64,000 nucleotides of DNA from Mobula birostris (taxonomy: Eukaryota). The DNA lies in NCBI RefSeq assembly GCF_030028105.1, contig NC_092384.1, positions 3,763,665-3,827,664 of the forward strand, read 5' to 3'. Shown here piece after piece: positions 25,890 to 38,772 of the stretch. The translations under genes were made by a program, and so were the position numbers. Under the pieces are notes generated by a model, which saw only the letters and a program-made list of their open reading frames with translations, was not told the origin of the DNA and ran no database searches. How positions within the stretch are numbered: position 1 is the stretch's first letter; each line of letters begins with the position of its first letter.

Positions 25890-27633
25890 ACCATACCCAA
25901 GAGATAATGGTGGAAAGATGTGTCTGGAAGCTGTGGAAGTGAGAATAATGTTCTTCGGTATTCACCAGTGAGAGGAAACTTGTTGATGGTGAGGACAATA
26001 TGACTGAGATTGATGTTCTGGAGCACATTAATATTAAGGGAGAGCAGGTGTTGGAGTTGTTAGCATACATTAGCATGGTTGAGTCCCCGGGGCCTGACCG
26101 AATATTCTCCAGGCTGCTCCACGAGGCGAGGGAAGAGATGCTGAGCCTCTGGCTAGAATATTTATGTCCTCGTTATCCACTGGAATGGTACTGGAGTATT
26201 GGAGGGAGGTGAATGTTGTCCCCTTGTTCAAAAAAGATAGTAGGAACAGTCCGGGTAATTATAGACCAGTGAGCCGTACGTCTGTGGTGGGAAAGCTGTT
26301 GGAAAAGACTCTTAGAGATAGGATCTATGAGCATTTAGCGAATCATGGTCTGATCAGGGACAGCCAGCATGGCTTTGTGAAGGGCAGATCGTATTTTAAA
26401 AAGCCTGATAGAGTTCTTTGAGGAGGTGACCAGGCATATAGATGAGGGTAGTGCAGTGGATGTGATCTATATGGATTTTAAGAAGGCATTTGACAAGGTT
26501 CTACACGGTAGGCTTATTCAGAAAGTCAGAAGGCATGGGATCCATGGAAGTTTAGCCAGGTGGATTCAGGATTGGCTTGCCTGCAGAAGGCAGAGGTTCG
26601 TGGTGGAGGGAGCACATTCAGATTGGAGGTTTGTGACTAGTGGTGTCCCACAAGGATCTGTCTGGGACCTCTACTTTTGTTGATTTTTATTAACGACCTG
26701 GATGTGGGGGTAGAAGGGTGGGTTGGCAAATTTGCAGACGACACAAAGGTTGGTGGTATTATAGATTATGTAGAGAATTGTCGAAGATTGCAGAGAGTCA
26801 TTGGTAGGATGCAGAAGTGGGCTGAGAAATGGCAGAAGGAGTTCAACCCGCAGAAGTGTGAGGTGGTACACTTTGAAAGGACAAACTCCAAGGCAGAGTA
26901 CAAAGTAAATGGCAGGATACTTTCTAGTGTGGAGGAGCAGAGGGATCTCGGAGGTACATGTCCACAGTTCCCTGAAAGTTGCTTCACAAGTGGATAGGGT
27001 AGTTAAGAAATCTTATGCGGTGTTAGCTTTCATAAGGCGAGAGATAGAGTTTAAGAGTCGCAATGTAATGATGCAGATCTATGAAACTCTGGTTAGGCCA
27101 CACTTGGAGTACTGTGTCCAGTTCTGGTCACCCCACTGTAGGAAGGATGTGGAAACATTGGAAATGGTACAGAGGAGATTTACCAAGATGCTGCCTGGTT
27201 TAGAGAGTATGAATTATGATCAGAGATTAAGTGTTCTCGGGCTTTACTCTCTGGAGAGAAGGAGGATGAGAGGAGACATGATAGAGGTATACAAGATAAT
27301 AAGACGAATAGATAGAGTGGATAGCCAGCGGCTCTTCCCAAGGGCACCACTGCTCAATACAAGAAAACATGGCTTTAAGGTAAGGGGTGGGAAGTTCAAG
27401 CGGGATATTAGCGGAAGGTTTTTTACTCAGAAAGCTGTTGATGCGTGGAATACACTGCCTCAGTCAGTGGTGGGGGCAGATACACTAGTGATGTTTCAGA
27501 GACTGCTAGACAGGTAGATGGAGGAACTTAAGGTGGGAGGTCATATGGGAAGCAGGGTTTGAGGGTGGCACAACTTTGTGGGCCGAAGGGCCTGTTATGT
27601 TCTGTAGTATTCTATGTTCTAAGTTCTATGTTC
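25890..27633 (+). mobile_element. 5'-truncated CR1 LINE
   Basis: RT ORFs 26164-27517 (FADD; HLEYCVQFWSP); (TTCTATG) tail. Confidence 0.92.
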
Positions 27634-27649
27634 GTATCTTCCTTCTCCG

Positions 27650-28200
27650 TCTTCCACCAAACAAAAGACCCAGATTATTTCGGTGTCAGGCACACAGGCA
27701 GAAAAACACTCCCAAAATTGGACGACTCACATTCCAAAGCCTCCGTTATCTCTAACCATAACCCAAACACTACTGCTGCAGAAAGACAGTACATTGGCAG
27801 GGCTGCTCAAGTCAATTACACCAGAAGTTAAACGTTTCGTAGGGTGTTTCGTCTCCCCCCACCAAATTTATTAATGGCCTCACTACATTGAGATAAATTG
27901 CCAACTGTTCATGCAAATTGCAAAGTCCAACCCAGGTGTAAAAGGCAGCGACATAGCTCCCCAAGGTGTTAAGTACCACATTTTGTTCCCTCGGTGCTGC
28001 ATAGACCAGTCTATCCGGTGGTCGTCTGATTGTTTGAGATCTCTGTACCCCCTCATCTACCCCTTCAGGTTCCAACACTACATGGGATACTTCTGGTCTA
28101 CCTGGCAAGGACACTCCTCATCCCCTCCTGCAACTCTGTCCCTTGGCTGAGTATCGCTTCATCTCTTGCATTGTGCCGTTGAATCCCAGTCCCCATGTTG
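27650..28200 (-). mobile_element. Gypsy/Ty3 pol 3' remnant
   Basis: QRSQTIRRPPDRLVY resembles the integrase C-terminal tail of fish Gypsy elements. Confidence 0.55.
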
Positions 28201-28617
28201 TCTACAGATAGATCCCAGCCTTCTTACATGGTAGGTAACACTTGCGTTGTCCTCAACTATGAATTGACATAACAGAGAAAGGCAACTTCCAAAGAATGAC
28301 ACGTGATAAAGAAATTTTCGTGGTGATGTTCATAATTAGCAACCTAATGTCCATAAGGTGCATATTGAGGTATTAAGGATTAAAAGTATTTTTGCCAACT
28401 GTTACTGGAGGCTTTCCTAAACAATGGACAACAGTAGAATAAGAATCAGAATCAGATTTATTATCTCGGGCATGTGACGGGAAATTTGTTAACTTAACAG
28501 CAGCAGCTCAATGCAATACAAAATGTAGAAGAGAGAATAAATAAATAAATAAATAAATAAATAGATAAATAGATAAATAACAGGTAAATCATTTGCAGTA
28601 TACGTATATTGAATATA

Positions 28618-29260
28618 TGTCACAAACGGAGATGCTGGGGACGGACTCAAACTCAAGACACAGGCACTGAAGTAGAAGGAACACGACATGACTAGAGTAG
28701 GACGTGAACACAGAATTGGGCTAGGAAAAGCGGGACCAGGACTAGGAACCATGGACAATAAGACAAGGCTTGGACTCCGAGCCCGCGACTGGACAAGGAC
28801 CCAGAAGCTGGGTCTTGCCTCGGGCTCGGACCCCAGAAACAGGCAAGTAAATGCCATGGCTTGAGGCTTGAGGTCTTGGGTCTTGAGCTTAGCTTGGGGT
28901 CTTGGGTGTTGCGCTTGGCTTGGCATCCTCGGGGCTTAGGTTCTTCGATCTTGAGCATGGCCTGATATCCTCGAGGCTTGGGTTCTTGGGTCTTGAGCTT
29001 GGCTGCGGGATCCTCGAGGCTAGGGTTCTTGGAGCTTGGCTGCGGGATCGTCGAGGCTTCGGTGCATGAGACAGGACAGACCATAGACGCACAGCCAGGA
29101 ACAATCCGAAGACACGCCGGGATTCAACTTCTCCACACCAAGGTGGGACAGGTCCACCTGTTGCATAACGGCAGGACGGCCAGACTTACCCAACAGAGGC
29201 AAAGAGCGCCACACCCCCCCACACCCCGCAGGGCAACGGCATGTAATGTTTGTAATGTTT
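28618..29260 (-). mobile_element. LTR-like fragment, same type as 18957-19625
   Basis: tgtcacaaac...aagacacaggcactgaag; CTTGAGG repeats. Confidence 0.55.
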
Positions 29261-29261
29261 C

Positions 29262-29848
29262 ACTGCCAATGCTAATGTACTGTTGTTGTTTTTTTTTTCT
29301 GTAATGTTCACTGCTGATGTAACGGTTTCTCTGTAGCAGAAATAGTTGGGTTATGGCTGGAGATAAATATGCATGTTAGCCAATCAGGATTCTGTTGCCC
29401 TGTCTGGTGCTTTGGGAAGCTGTTGGTTTCGCGGGCGTTTTCTAGAGAGAGAAACAGGGATGAAGAGAGAAGACGCGAATGGAGAGATTCGGTAGGCCGC
29501 CAGACAGAGTGGACTCCGAGCAGGAGGTCCGAAGGTCGGTCAGACTCGGAGGAGATCGGACGGTGGAAAGAAGACTACTGAGTGAGCTCCAACGATTGTG
29601 CACAGACTGTTTAATAAGATTAGCCCCATTTTCCTCTATATTTTGTTTCTCTACTAACCACATTGTCAAAGTAAGAGTTATAAAGCTTAATCGTTTAATC
29701 GCATTTTGTGTACTGCTTGATATTTGGGGTACTGATTTGTGACAGGGGACACATCACTCAGCATCCACCCAGACGAGATTTCTTAAGTTTGGCCGGGCAG
29801 GGGGGATATCACCCCGAGATCAAGCCGCCAGGCGATCCGAGTGTTACA
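29262..29848 (+). mobile_element. Gypsy-type solo LTR
   Basis: TG...tgttaca ends; shares ataaagct.aatcgtttaat.gcat with 35962-36435. Confidence 0.65.
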
Positions 29849-31379
29849 CGTACATAAACAGAAATACGGTATATTAAAAGAAAGCGTGGTCGTGTCCAGG
29901 GGTTCAGTGTCCATTTAGGATTCGCATGGCAGAGGGAAAAAAGCAGTTCCTGAATCACATAATATGTGTCTTCCGGTTTCTGTACCTCCTACCTGATGGT
30001 GACAATGGAAAATGCCTTGCCTTGGGTGCTGGAGGTCCCTAATAATGGACGCTTTCTTTCTGATATACTAATCCCTGAAGATGTCCTGGATATTTTGTAG
30101 ACTAGTGCCCAAGATGGAGCTGGCTAGATTTTCAAACCTCTGCTCTTATTTCGGTCCTGTGCAGTAGCGCCCCCCACCCCCATACCAGAGAGTGATGCAG
30201 CCTGTCAGAATGCTCTCCACGGTACACAATAGACGTTTTTGAGTGTATTTATTGATTTGCCAAATCTCTTCAAACTCCTAATATAGTATAGCTGCTCTCT
30301 TGCTTTCTTTATAACTACATCGATATGTTGGGACCAGGTTATCTCCTCAGAGATCTTGACAGCCAAGAACTCGAAACTGTTTAATCTCTCCACTTCTGAT
30401 CCCTCTGTGAGGATTGGTATGTGTTCCTTCGTCTTACCGTTCCTGAAGTCCACAATCAGCTCTTTGACGTCGGGTGCCAGGTTGTTGAAGCGGCACCATT
30501 CCACTAGTTGGCATAACGCCGTCTCGTCACCACCCGAGGTTCTGCCAACAACAGTTGTATCGTCAGAAAATTTATAGATGGCGTTTGAACTATTCTTAGC
30601 CGCACAGTCATGTCTATATAGAGAGCAGAGCAGTGGACAAAGCGCACACCCTTGAGGTGCGTCAGTGTTAATCGCCAGCGAGGAAGATATGTTATCACCA
30701 ATCCGCACAGATTGTGGTCTTTCGGTAAGGAAGTCGAGGATCCAATTGCAGGGGTACAGAGGCCCGGGTTCTGCAACTTCTCAATCAGGATAGTGGGAAT
30801 GTTTGCATTAAATGCTCAGCTTTAATCGATGAAGAGCATCCTGACATAGCTGTTTATGCTGGCCAGGTGGTCCAAAGCCGTGTGGAAAGCCAATAAGATT
30901 GCGTCTGCCATTGAGCTGTTGAGTCGATAGGCAAATTGTAATGGGTCCAGGTCAATTGCTGAAGCAGGTGCACAGTATAGTCATGGCCAACCTCTCAAAA
31001 CATTTTATTATTCTCGATGTGACGGCTACGGGGCGATAGTCATTAAGACAACCCACGTTATTCTTCCTAGACACTGGTATAATTGTTGCCTTTTTGAAGC
31101 AAGTGGGAACTTCCGCCTGTAGCAGTGAGATGTTGAAAATGTCCTTGAGTACTCCAGGTAGGTGGGTGGCACAGGTTTTCAGAGCCTTATCAGGTACTCC
31201 ATGCCGACCTTCCGCCTTGCGAGGGTTCGCAATCTTTAAAGACAGCCTCACATCGGCCTCTGAGATAGAGATCACAACAATGCTGCAATTCTCCTGTTTC
31301 TTAGCTATGGCTCAGACTGCCATAAATAGCTCTGCTAAAGCCTATGCGATTCCTGCGATAGTTCTTCACAAGGTCACCT

Positions 31380-32950
31380 TAGAACACAGTACATAGAAAA
31401 GTACAACAGAGTAACATGTCATTATGGCATAATATTGAGCCTATTCAGCAAAAACCAAAGTTAAGAAAACCCTAAAATTAATCCCTCCTATCTACACAAT
31501 GTCCAGATCTCCTCTTCTTCCTCATAATCATATGCCTATCAAGTCGACTCTTAAAAACTTCCAAATGTATTTTCCTCTACCGCCATATCAGACACTGCAT
31601 TAAGGACATCTACCATTCTGCTGGTAAAAAGAAATAACTTTCTCATACCCTTAGATACTATTCTCTCTTACCTTCGATGCATGCTATCTGGTGAATCAAG
31701 AACTTATCTATCTTTGCCTTAAATGCGCCTGATAACTGGCCTCCGCGTCCCATCCTGCCAACGAATTCCACAGATTTACCACTCTCTGACTAAAGTAATT
31801 TCTCCGAATCTCTGTTCTAAATGGATGTCCTTGAATCCTGATATCGTGCCCTCTTGTCCTCGACTCCCCTACCATGGAAAACAACTTTGCCATATCTAAT
31901 CTGTGCAGGTCATTGAACATTCGGAACGTTTCTATGAGATCCCCCCTCATCCTCCTGAACTGCAAAGAATACAGCCCAACAGCTGCCCAGTCGTTCCTCA
32001 AGCGGTAAACCTTTCGTTCCTGGAACCATTCTCATGAATCTTCATTGAACAATCTCCAATGTCGGTATATCCTTTCGAAAATAAGGAGCCCAAATCTGTA
32101 CACAATACTCCAAGTGCGGTCTCACGGGTACCTTACAGAGCCTCAACATCACAACACTGCTCTTATATTCTATACCTCTAGAAATCAATGCCAACATTCC
32201 ATTCGTCTTCTTCACCACTGACTCAGCCTGATTGTTAACATTTAGGGTATTCTGCACAAGGACTCCCAAGTCCCTTTGCACTTCTGCATTTTGAATTAGT
32301 TCTCCATCCATTGTATTTCATTTGCAACTTATTTGCCCTTCCCTCTAAATTATTAAGTCCCTCTGCAGGCTCCCGGTTTTCTCAACAGTACCGGCTCCTG
32401 TACTTATCTTTGTAACATCGGCATATTTAGCCACAAACCAATTAATCCCATAATGCACAGCATTGCCATACATCGTAAAAAAAAAACAGCATTTCATGCT
32501 GGCGTTGGCCGATCTTGTAATGTGCCTCCAGGTACTCCGTAATCTCATCCCTAACAATCAATTCCAACAACTTCTCAACCACTCATGTCAGGATAACAGG
32601 TCCACGCGTTCCTTTCTGCTGCCTTCCACCTTTCTTAAATAGCGGAATAACATTCGCAATTTTCCAGTCATGCAGTATCATGCCAGAATCTATCGATTAT
32701 GGAAAGATCTTATTAATGACTCTGCAATCTCTGCACCTAGTTCCTACTGAACCCAAGGGTGCATTCCAACAGGTCCAGCAGACTTATCCACGCTCAGACC
32801 CTTAAGCTTACTGAGCACCTTCTCAGTCGTAATTTTCTCTGCACATACTTCACTTCCCTGACACGCTTGAATATCCGGTACGCTGCAGATGTCTTTCACT
32901 GTGAAGAGTCATACAAAATACGCATTCAGTTCCTCTGCCATCTCTGCGTT
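31380..32950 (-). mobile_element. Older CR1 fragments
   Basis: ORFs 31708-32001, 32042-32311 (PHLEYCVQIWAP), 32345-32557. Confidence 0.8.
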
Positions 32951-33259
32951 TCTTATTGAAATATCTGCAGCGCCAAAAATACTTCGACTAATAAAAACAA
33001 GTATCACATAAGCCTTGTTAACCACACGATCAGCCTGAAACACCTCACCTTTATCTGGGTAAAAGTAGACACCTTGTCAGCCCTGTGGATTTATCCACCC
33101 AGCATTTCAAGATCTCCTCATTGTTAATCAATTCATGAGCTCATCGTCGTCAATATGAATGCAACGTCGCCAAAGCTTTGTAGGATTTTCCTCATCTCTC
33201 TCGATTCCATGTAAAATTGAGCAATGTGATTATCATGACGAGCAATTTATACTTTATAC

Positions 33260-35107
33260 TGTAGCTCCCGCACACGCGGGACTCGAACCGCCATCGGGCG
33301 CCGACGGCAGACACGCGGTCGCGCGTTTGGAATTACCCGCTCGGGGCGGACCTTCTGGGGCAGTCTGACGTCATGTCCACCCCGCGGGTCGCAGGGGCCC
33401 ATGGGAGCTGAGATTTAAGCGCGCAATTTTGAATATGTAAAGATATTCTGAGTTCAGCTGTCTCTGCCTCCTGTGTTTCTTTAATAGCGCGTTTGCGCGC
33501 GACTACATTGGTGAACCCGACATTCCAGACGGCATCTGGAGCCGGCGACTCAACGACAAGCCATGAGTTCGTGCAACTCGTACAGCCCGGTCTCTCTGAA
33601 GCTCCCGAAATCTGGGCCACTCAGCCCCACGTTTTGTTCGAACAGGCTGAGGCCCAGTTCAATATCACAGACATTATTACAGCCGACGCCACGCGGTAAT
33701 ACTACGATTTCAGCACGCTCGACCAGGAGGCGGCAGGACGGATCATTGACTTTCTACGCTAGCCAGCAATGGAGGACAGGTACACTAAGCTAAAGGTGCT
33801 CCTGATCCGTACCTTCGGACTCTCCCGCCGCGAATGGGCCGCGCAGCTCCTACAGATGGACAGCCTCTGTGACGGCACGCCATCCGAGGTCATGAATGAT
33901 ATGTTGATGCTCATAGACGGCCATAAACCGTGCCTGTTATTTGAACATTTGTTCATCGAGCAGATACCAGAGGAAATTCGCCTCCTCCTCGCGAGTGAGG
34001 ATTTCAGCGACCCACGCAGTGTCGCGGCTAAAGCAGACATCCTTTGGCAGAGCAAGCAACGTGCAGCAGCGTCCAATGGCTAGCCACGATGGCGCACCCC
34101 AAAGCCCAGGCCCCGCAACCGAAGCCGTCGAGACCCACTGGGGAAAAAGAGGAAAGTTCGGAACAATGGTGTTTCTATTACCAAAGATGGGGCTCAGACG
34201 CGCGCCGCTGCCTTCCACCATGTGCTTTTCCGAGAAACGCCGGGGCCAGCCGTCGCTAATGGCTACGACGGCTGGTCACCAAGCGAGCATCCTGTACCTC
34301 TGGGACCGACACACCGGGCGGCGCCTCCTAGTAGACACCGGGGCCGAAGTCAGCGTACTCCCCGCCACACCGCACCATCCGAACATGGACGTTCGTAACA
34401 CGGTCCCAGGCCCCGAACGCATCGCTGCAAATGGCAGCAGTATTCGAACTATCTCACTGCGTTTCGGGTCCAGCCGTTTCACTTGGACTTTCACGTTGGC
34501 CGCGGTGTCACAGCCACTACTAGGAACAGATTTCCTACAAGCCTACTGCCTCCTGGTCGACCTAAAAGGCCGGCGTTTGGTCCACACCGAGACTTCCAGA
34601 CTTTCCAGTTCGGAGTAGCCAAGCTACCGGCCCTCCACCTGGATTCCGTGACCCTCGCGGGTAACGAATTCGCCAGGGTGTTGACGGAATTCCCCTCCCT
34701 AGTCACCATGCAGTTCTCCACGGCTAACCCCAAGCACGGCGTGCAGAACCACATCCCCACGCAAGGACAGCCGCTGCACGCCCGAGCTCGCAGGCTCCCA
34801 TCGGGCAAGATCCACCTCGCCAGGGAGGAGTTACGTAAGTTGCAAGATATGGGAATCGCATGCTGCTCAGACAGCCCGTGGGCATCCCCGCTACACATGG
34901 TGCGCAAGTCTGCAGGAGGATGGAGGCCCTGCGGGCACTACTTAAGGCTCAAAGATGCTAAAACCGCCGACAGATACCCGGTACCCCAGATCCTGGACTT
35001 CACGGCGAACCTGCACGGAGCGAACATCTCCTCGAAAATAGACCTGGTCAAGGAATACCATCAGATGCCAGTGCACCCGGACGACGTGCCCAAGACAGCC
35101 CTCATCG
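33260..35107 (+). mobile_element. Gypsy/Ty3 retrotransposon: 5' LTR 33260-33507, PBS, gag, protease, N-terminal RT (pseudogenised)
   Basis: TGTAG...CTACA LTR; PBS tggtgaacccgac 33509-33521; gag EQAEAQF/LLIRTFGLS; protease LVDTGAEVS; RT SPWASPLHMV, KIDLVKEYHQMPV. Confidence 0.9.
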
Positions 35108-35950
35108 CAGAGAGAGCGATGTTCAGAGAACATCGAGGGATGTTCAGATGTTCAGAGAGAGGTTACAGTAACTGGCTCCTGCAGAGGTGGAAGACGTTCG
35201 GTAGCTTCTGTAAGTTGAAGGAAGCTGAGATCATCATTGAGTCCAGAAGCCCCTGTCCGTCACACAATGGTGGTGGCCAGAAAGTGGAATGGGACGGTAT
35301 GGATATGTGTGGACGACAGCTCTCTGAGCAGGCGTACCGTCTCCGACCAATATACGGTCCCAAGGATCGAAGACGCCCTGGCCTGTCTGGGTAGTGTGAA
35401 TTGGTTTAGTTTGCTGGGCTTGAGGAGCGGATATTACCTGATCCCCATGAGTGAGGCTGACAAAGAGAGTACGGCATTTATATGTCCACTGGGATTCTTC
35501 CAGCTCGAAGGGTTGAGCCGGGCATATCGGGTTTCCCTGCAACCCGCCAGCGGGTCATAGGGGATATGAATTTCCTTGAAGGATTGGTGTATCTGGATAA
35601 CTTCATAGTGTGTAGGTCCACCTTAGGAGAACATGAAGCGGGTCTCAGCCAAGGGACAGAGCGGTCCGAATTGTAGGTAGGGACGAATGATAGGCCAGGG
35701 AGGCCTTGCCAGGTAGACCAGACGTAATCCCAGTACTGTCGGAACATGAAGAGGTAGATGAGGGACTATGCAGGTCTCACAAATCAGGAGACTACCGGAT
35801 ACGTTGGCCTATGTAGCACTGGGGAAACGGAGTGTGGCCCAAATTGCTTTGGGGAGCTATGTCACTGCCTTTAACATCTGGATTGGTCTTTGTGTCCTGA
35901 GGAAGGGTTGGCAAATTCTCTCAATGTCATGAGGACATGACTAAATGTAT
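35108..35950 (+). mobile_element. Second Gypsy family RT fragment
   Basis: DQYTVPRIEDALACL, LRSGYY, TAFICPLGFFQ, LVYLDN. Confidence 0.82.
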
Positions 35951-35961
35951 ATGGGTTAGCG

Positions 35962-36435
35962 TGTCACGCCCTGCAAAGATTTCACTGCTAATCTAATGGT
36001 ATCTATGCAGCAGAAGTGTTTGCATTGTGACTAACATGAGTTTGGAATGTGGGGCGTCCAATGAGGGGAGTTTTTTTTTTCCTTTTTTTGTTCCTGAGTA
36101 ATAGGGAATCGCAGTTTTTATTCGGCGGGGGGTGTAGAGAGAAGATGCCAGATGGGAGACTTCATAGACTACAGGATGGCGTAGACTTGGAATGGGATCG
36201 GGAGTCGACGATGCTCGGTGGCAATGGATGGAGAACGAAGGGACGGGAAAATCGTGAGGTTCATCGCGTGCATTAGACTGCTGCCTTAAAATGGATCTCT
36301 TTTCTTTTTGCTTTCTATACTAACCCTATCGTCAAATTAAGAAATATAAAGCTCAATCGTTTAATTGCATATAGTGTACTGTTCGTGAGTTCCTGGTAAT
36401 GATTTGTAACAGGTGAAAACATCGGGCAGCATACG
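35962..36435 (+). mobile_element. Gypsy-type LTR, 3' end cut by CR1
   Basis: Starts tgtcacg; related to 29262-29848. Confidence 0.6.
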
Positions 36436-38292
36436 TACAACATAGAACATAGAATAGTACAGCACAGTACAGGCCCTTCGGCCCACAATGTTGTGCCGAC
36501 CCTCAAACCCTGCCTCCCATATAAGCCCCCACCTTAGATTCCTCCATATACATGTCTAGAAGTGTCTTAAACTTCACTAGTGTATCTGCCTCCACCACTG
36601 ACTCAGGCAGTGCATTCCACGCACCAACCACTCTCTGCGTAAAAAACCCTCCTCTAATACCCCCCTTGAACTTCCCACCTCTTACCTTAAAGCCTTATCC
36701 TCTTGTATAGAGCAGTGGTGCCCTGGAGAAGAGGTGCTGACTATCCACTGTATCTATTCCTCTTATTATCTTGTACACCTCTATCATGTCTCCTCTCATC
36801 CTCCTTCTCCCCAAAGAGTAAATCCCTAGCCCCCTTAATCTCTGATCATAATGCATACTTTCTAAACCAGGCAGCATCCTGGTAAATTTCCTCTGTACCC
36901 TTTCTAATGCTTCCACATCCATCCTATAAAGAGGTGACCAGAACTGGACACAGTTCTCCAAGTGTGGCCTAACCAGAGTTTTATAGAGCTGCATCATTAC
37001 ATCGCGACTCTTAAACTCTATCCCTCGACTTATGAAAGCTAACATCTCATAAGCTTTCTTAACTACCCTATCCACCTGCAAGGCAACTTTCAGGGATCTG
37101 TGGACATGTACCCCGAGATCCCTCTGCTCTTCCACACTACCAAGTATCCTGCCATTTATTTTGTACTCTGCCTTGGAGTTTGTCCTTCCAAAGTGTACCA
37201 CCTCACACTTCTCCGGGTTGAACTCCATCTGCCACTTCTGCATCCTATCAATGTTACTCCGCAATCTTTGACTATCCTCTACACTATCTACAACACCACC
37301 AACCTTTGCGTCGTCTGCAAACTTGCCAACCCACCCTTCTACACCCACATCCAGAACAGATCTTTGTGGGACACCACTAGTCACAATCCTCCAATCTGAA
37401 TGTAGTCCCTCCACCACCACCCTCTGCCTTCTGCAGGCAAGCCAATTCTGAATCCACGTGGCCAAACTTCCCTGGATCCCATGCCTTCTAACTTTCTGAA
37501 TAAGTCTGCCGTGTGGAACCTTGTCAAGTGCCTTTCTAAAATCTATATAGATCACATCCACTGCACTACCCTCATCTATATACCTGGTTTCCTCCTCTAA
37601 AAACTCTATCAGGCTTGTTAGACACGATCTGCCCTTCACAAAGCCATGCTGACTGCCCCAGATCAGCCCATGATTCTCTAAATGTCTATAGATCCTATCT
37701 TTAAGAATCTTTTCCAACAGCTTTCCCACCACAGACGTAAGGCTCACTGATCTATAATTACCCGGACTATCCCTACTAACTTTTTTGAACAAGGGAACAA
37801 CATCCACCTCCCTCCAATCCTCCGGTTACATTCTTGTGACAACGAGGACATAAAGATCCTAGCCAGAAGCTCAGCAATCTCTTCCCTCGCCTCGTGGAGT
37901 AGCCTGGGGAATATTCCATCAGGCCCCGGGGACTTATCTGTCCTAATATATTTTAACAACTCCAACTCCGCCTCTCCCTTAATATCAACATGCTCCAGAA
38001 CATCAACCTCACTCATATTCTCCTCACCATCATCAAGTTCCCTCTTATTGGTGAATTCCGAAGAGAAGTATTCATTGAGGATCTCTCTCACTTCCACAGC
38101 CTCCAGACACATCTTCCCAACTTTATCTCTAATCGGTCCTACCTTCACTCGTGTCATCCTTTTTTTCTTCACATAACTGAAGAATACCTTAGGGTTTCCC
38201 TTTACCCTACTCGCCAAGGCCTTCTCATGCCCCCTTCTTGCTCTTCTCAGCCCCTTCTTAAGCTCCTTTCTTGCTTCCCTATATTCCTCAAA
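36436..38292 (-). mobile_element. CR1 LINE immediately upstream of the gene B promoter
   Basis: ORFs 37744-38352 and 36695-37807 (RT); tail aacatagaacatag. Confidence 0.92.
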
Positions 38293-38559
38293 CGAGATTT
38301 CACCACTTTGGAGGGCGCGACAATTGTCTTCTCCCAAACTAAAGCAGTCCACTGAGCCTGGGGTTACATGTGATTTAAATATTTATCCCAAGGAACAAAA
38401 ACCTATATTTTCGCCTAATTATAATCAAACTAATGGAATTATCGTCAGATACAATTTTTCACCAGATACATTTCTGTTACATGCCCTGTCTCGTTTCGTA
38501 TCCTCCTGATAACATCTGTACCATTAGGTCGACCTGTTATTTTAAATGTCTGCATATCG

Positions 38560-38717
38560 CCACAATGACGTCAAAGTGAAACCAAGATGTAGGGGTGTGC
38601 AGTCTATTTGCAAATCCATTTCCACACGACTCTCTGAAAAGCTTCTCATCACTGTGCTATGTGATTGAACGTTTTATATACAGTTAACACTGCCTGATTT
38701 CATCACTTTTATTCAAA
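38560..38717 (+). promoter_or_regulatory. Putative promoter of gene B
   Basis: CRE TGACGTCA 38566-38573, abutting IRF-type AAAGTGAAACC 38573-38583, octamer-like ATTTGCAAAT 38606-38615, TATA-like tttatata about 38673. Confidence 0.5.
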
Positions 38718-38772
38718 ATGCATATATTTGATATGCTGCTTCATTTCTTCGTCCTGCAGTTTACTGACACAG
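38718..38772 (+). CDS. Gene B exon 1, signal peptide MHIFDMLLHFFVLQFTDT
   Basis: ATG at 38718 in aaaATG context, hydrophobic core, phase-1 donor G|gtatgt, 245-nt intron to the V exon. Confidence 0.8.

Larger units (their letters stand above)
28437..31380 (-). mobile_element. Rex1/Babar-type LINE, interrupted by LTR pieces 28618-29848
   Basis: [37 protein letters not shown]; (GATTCT) tail at 28437. Confidence 0.85.
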
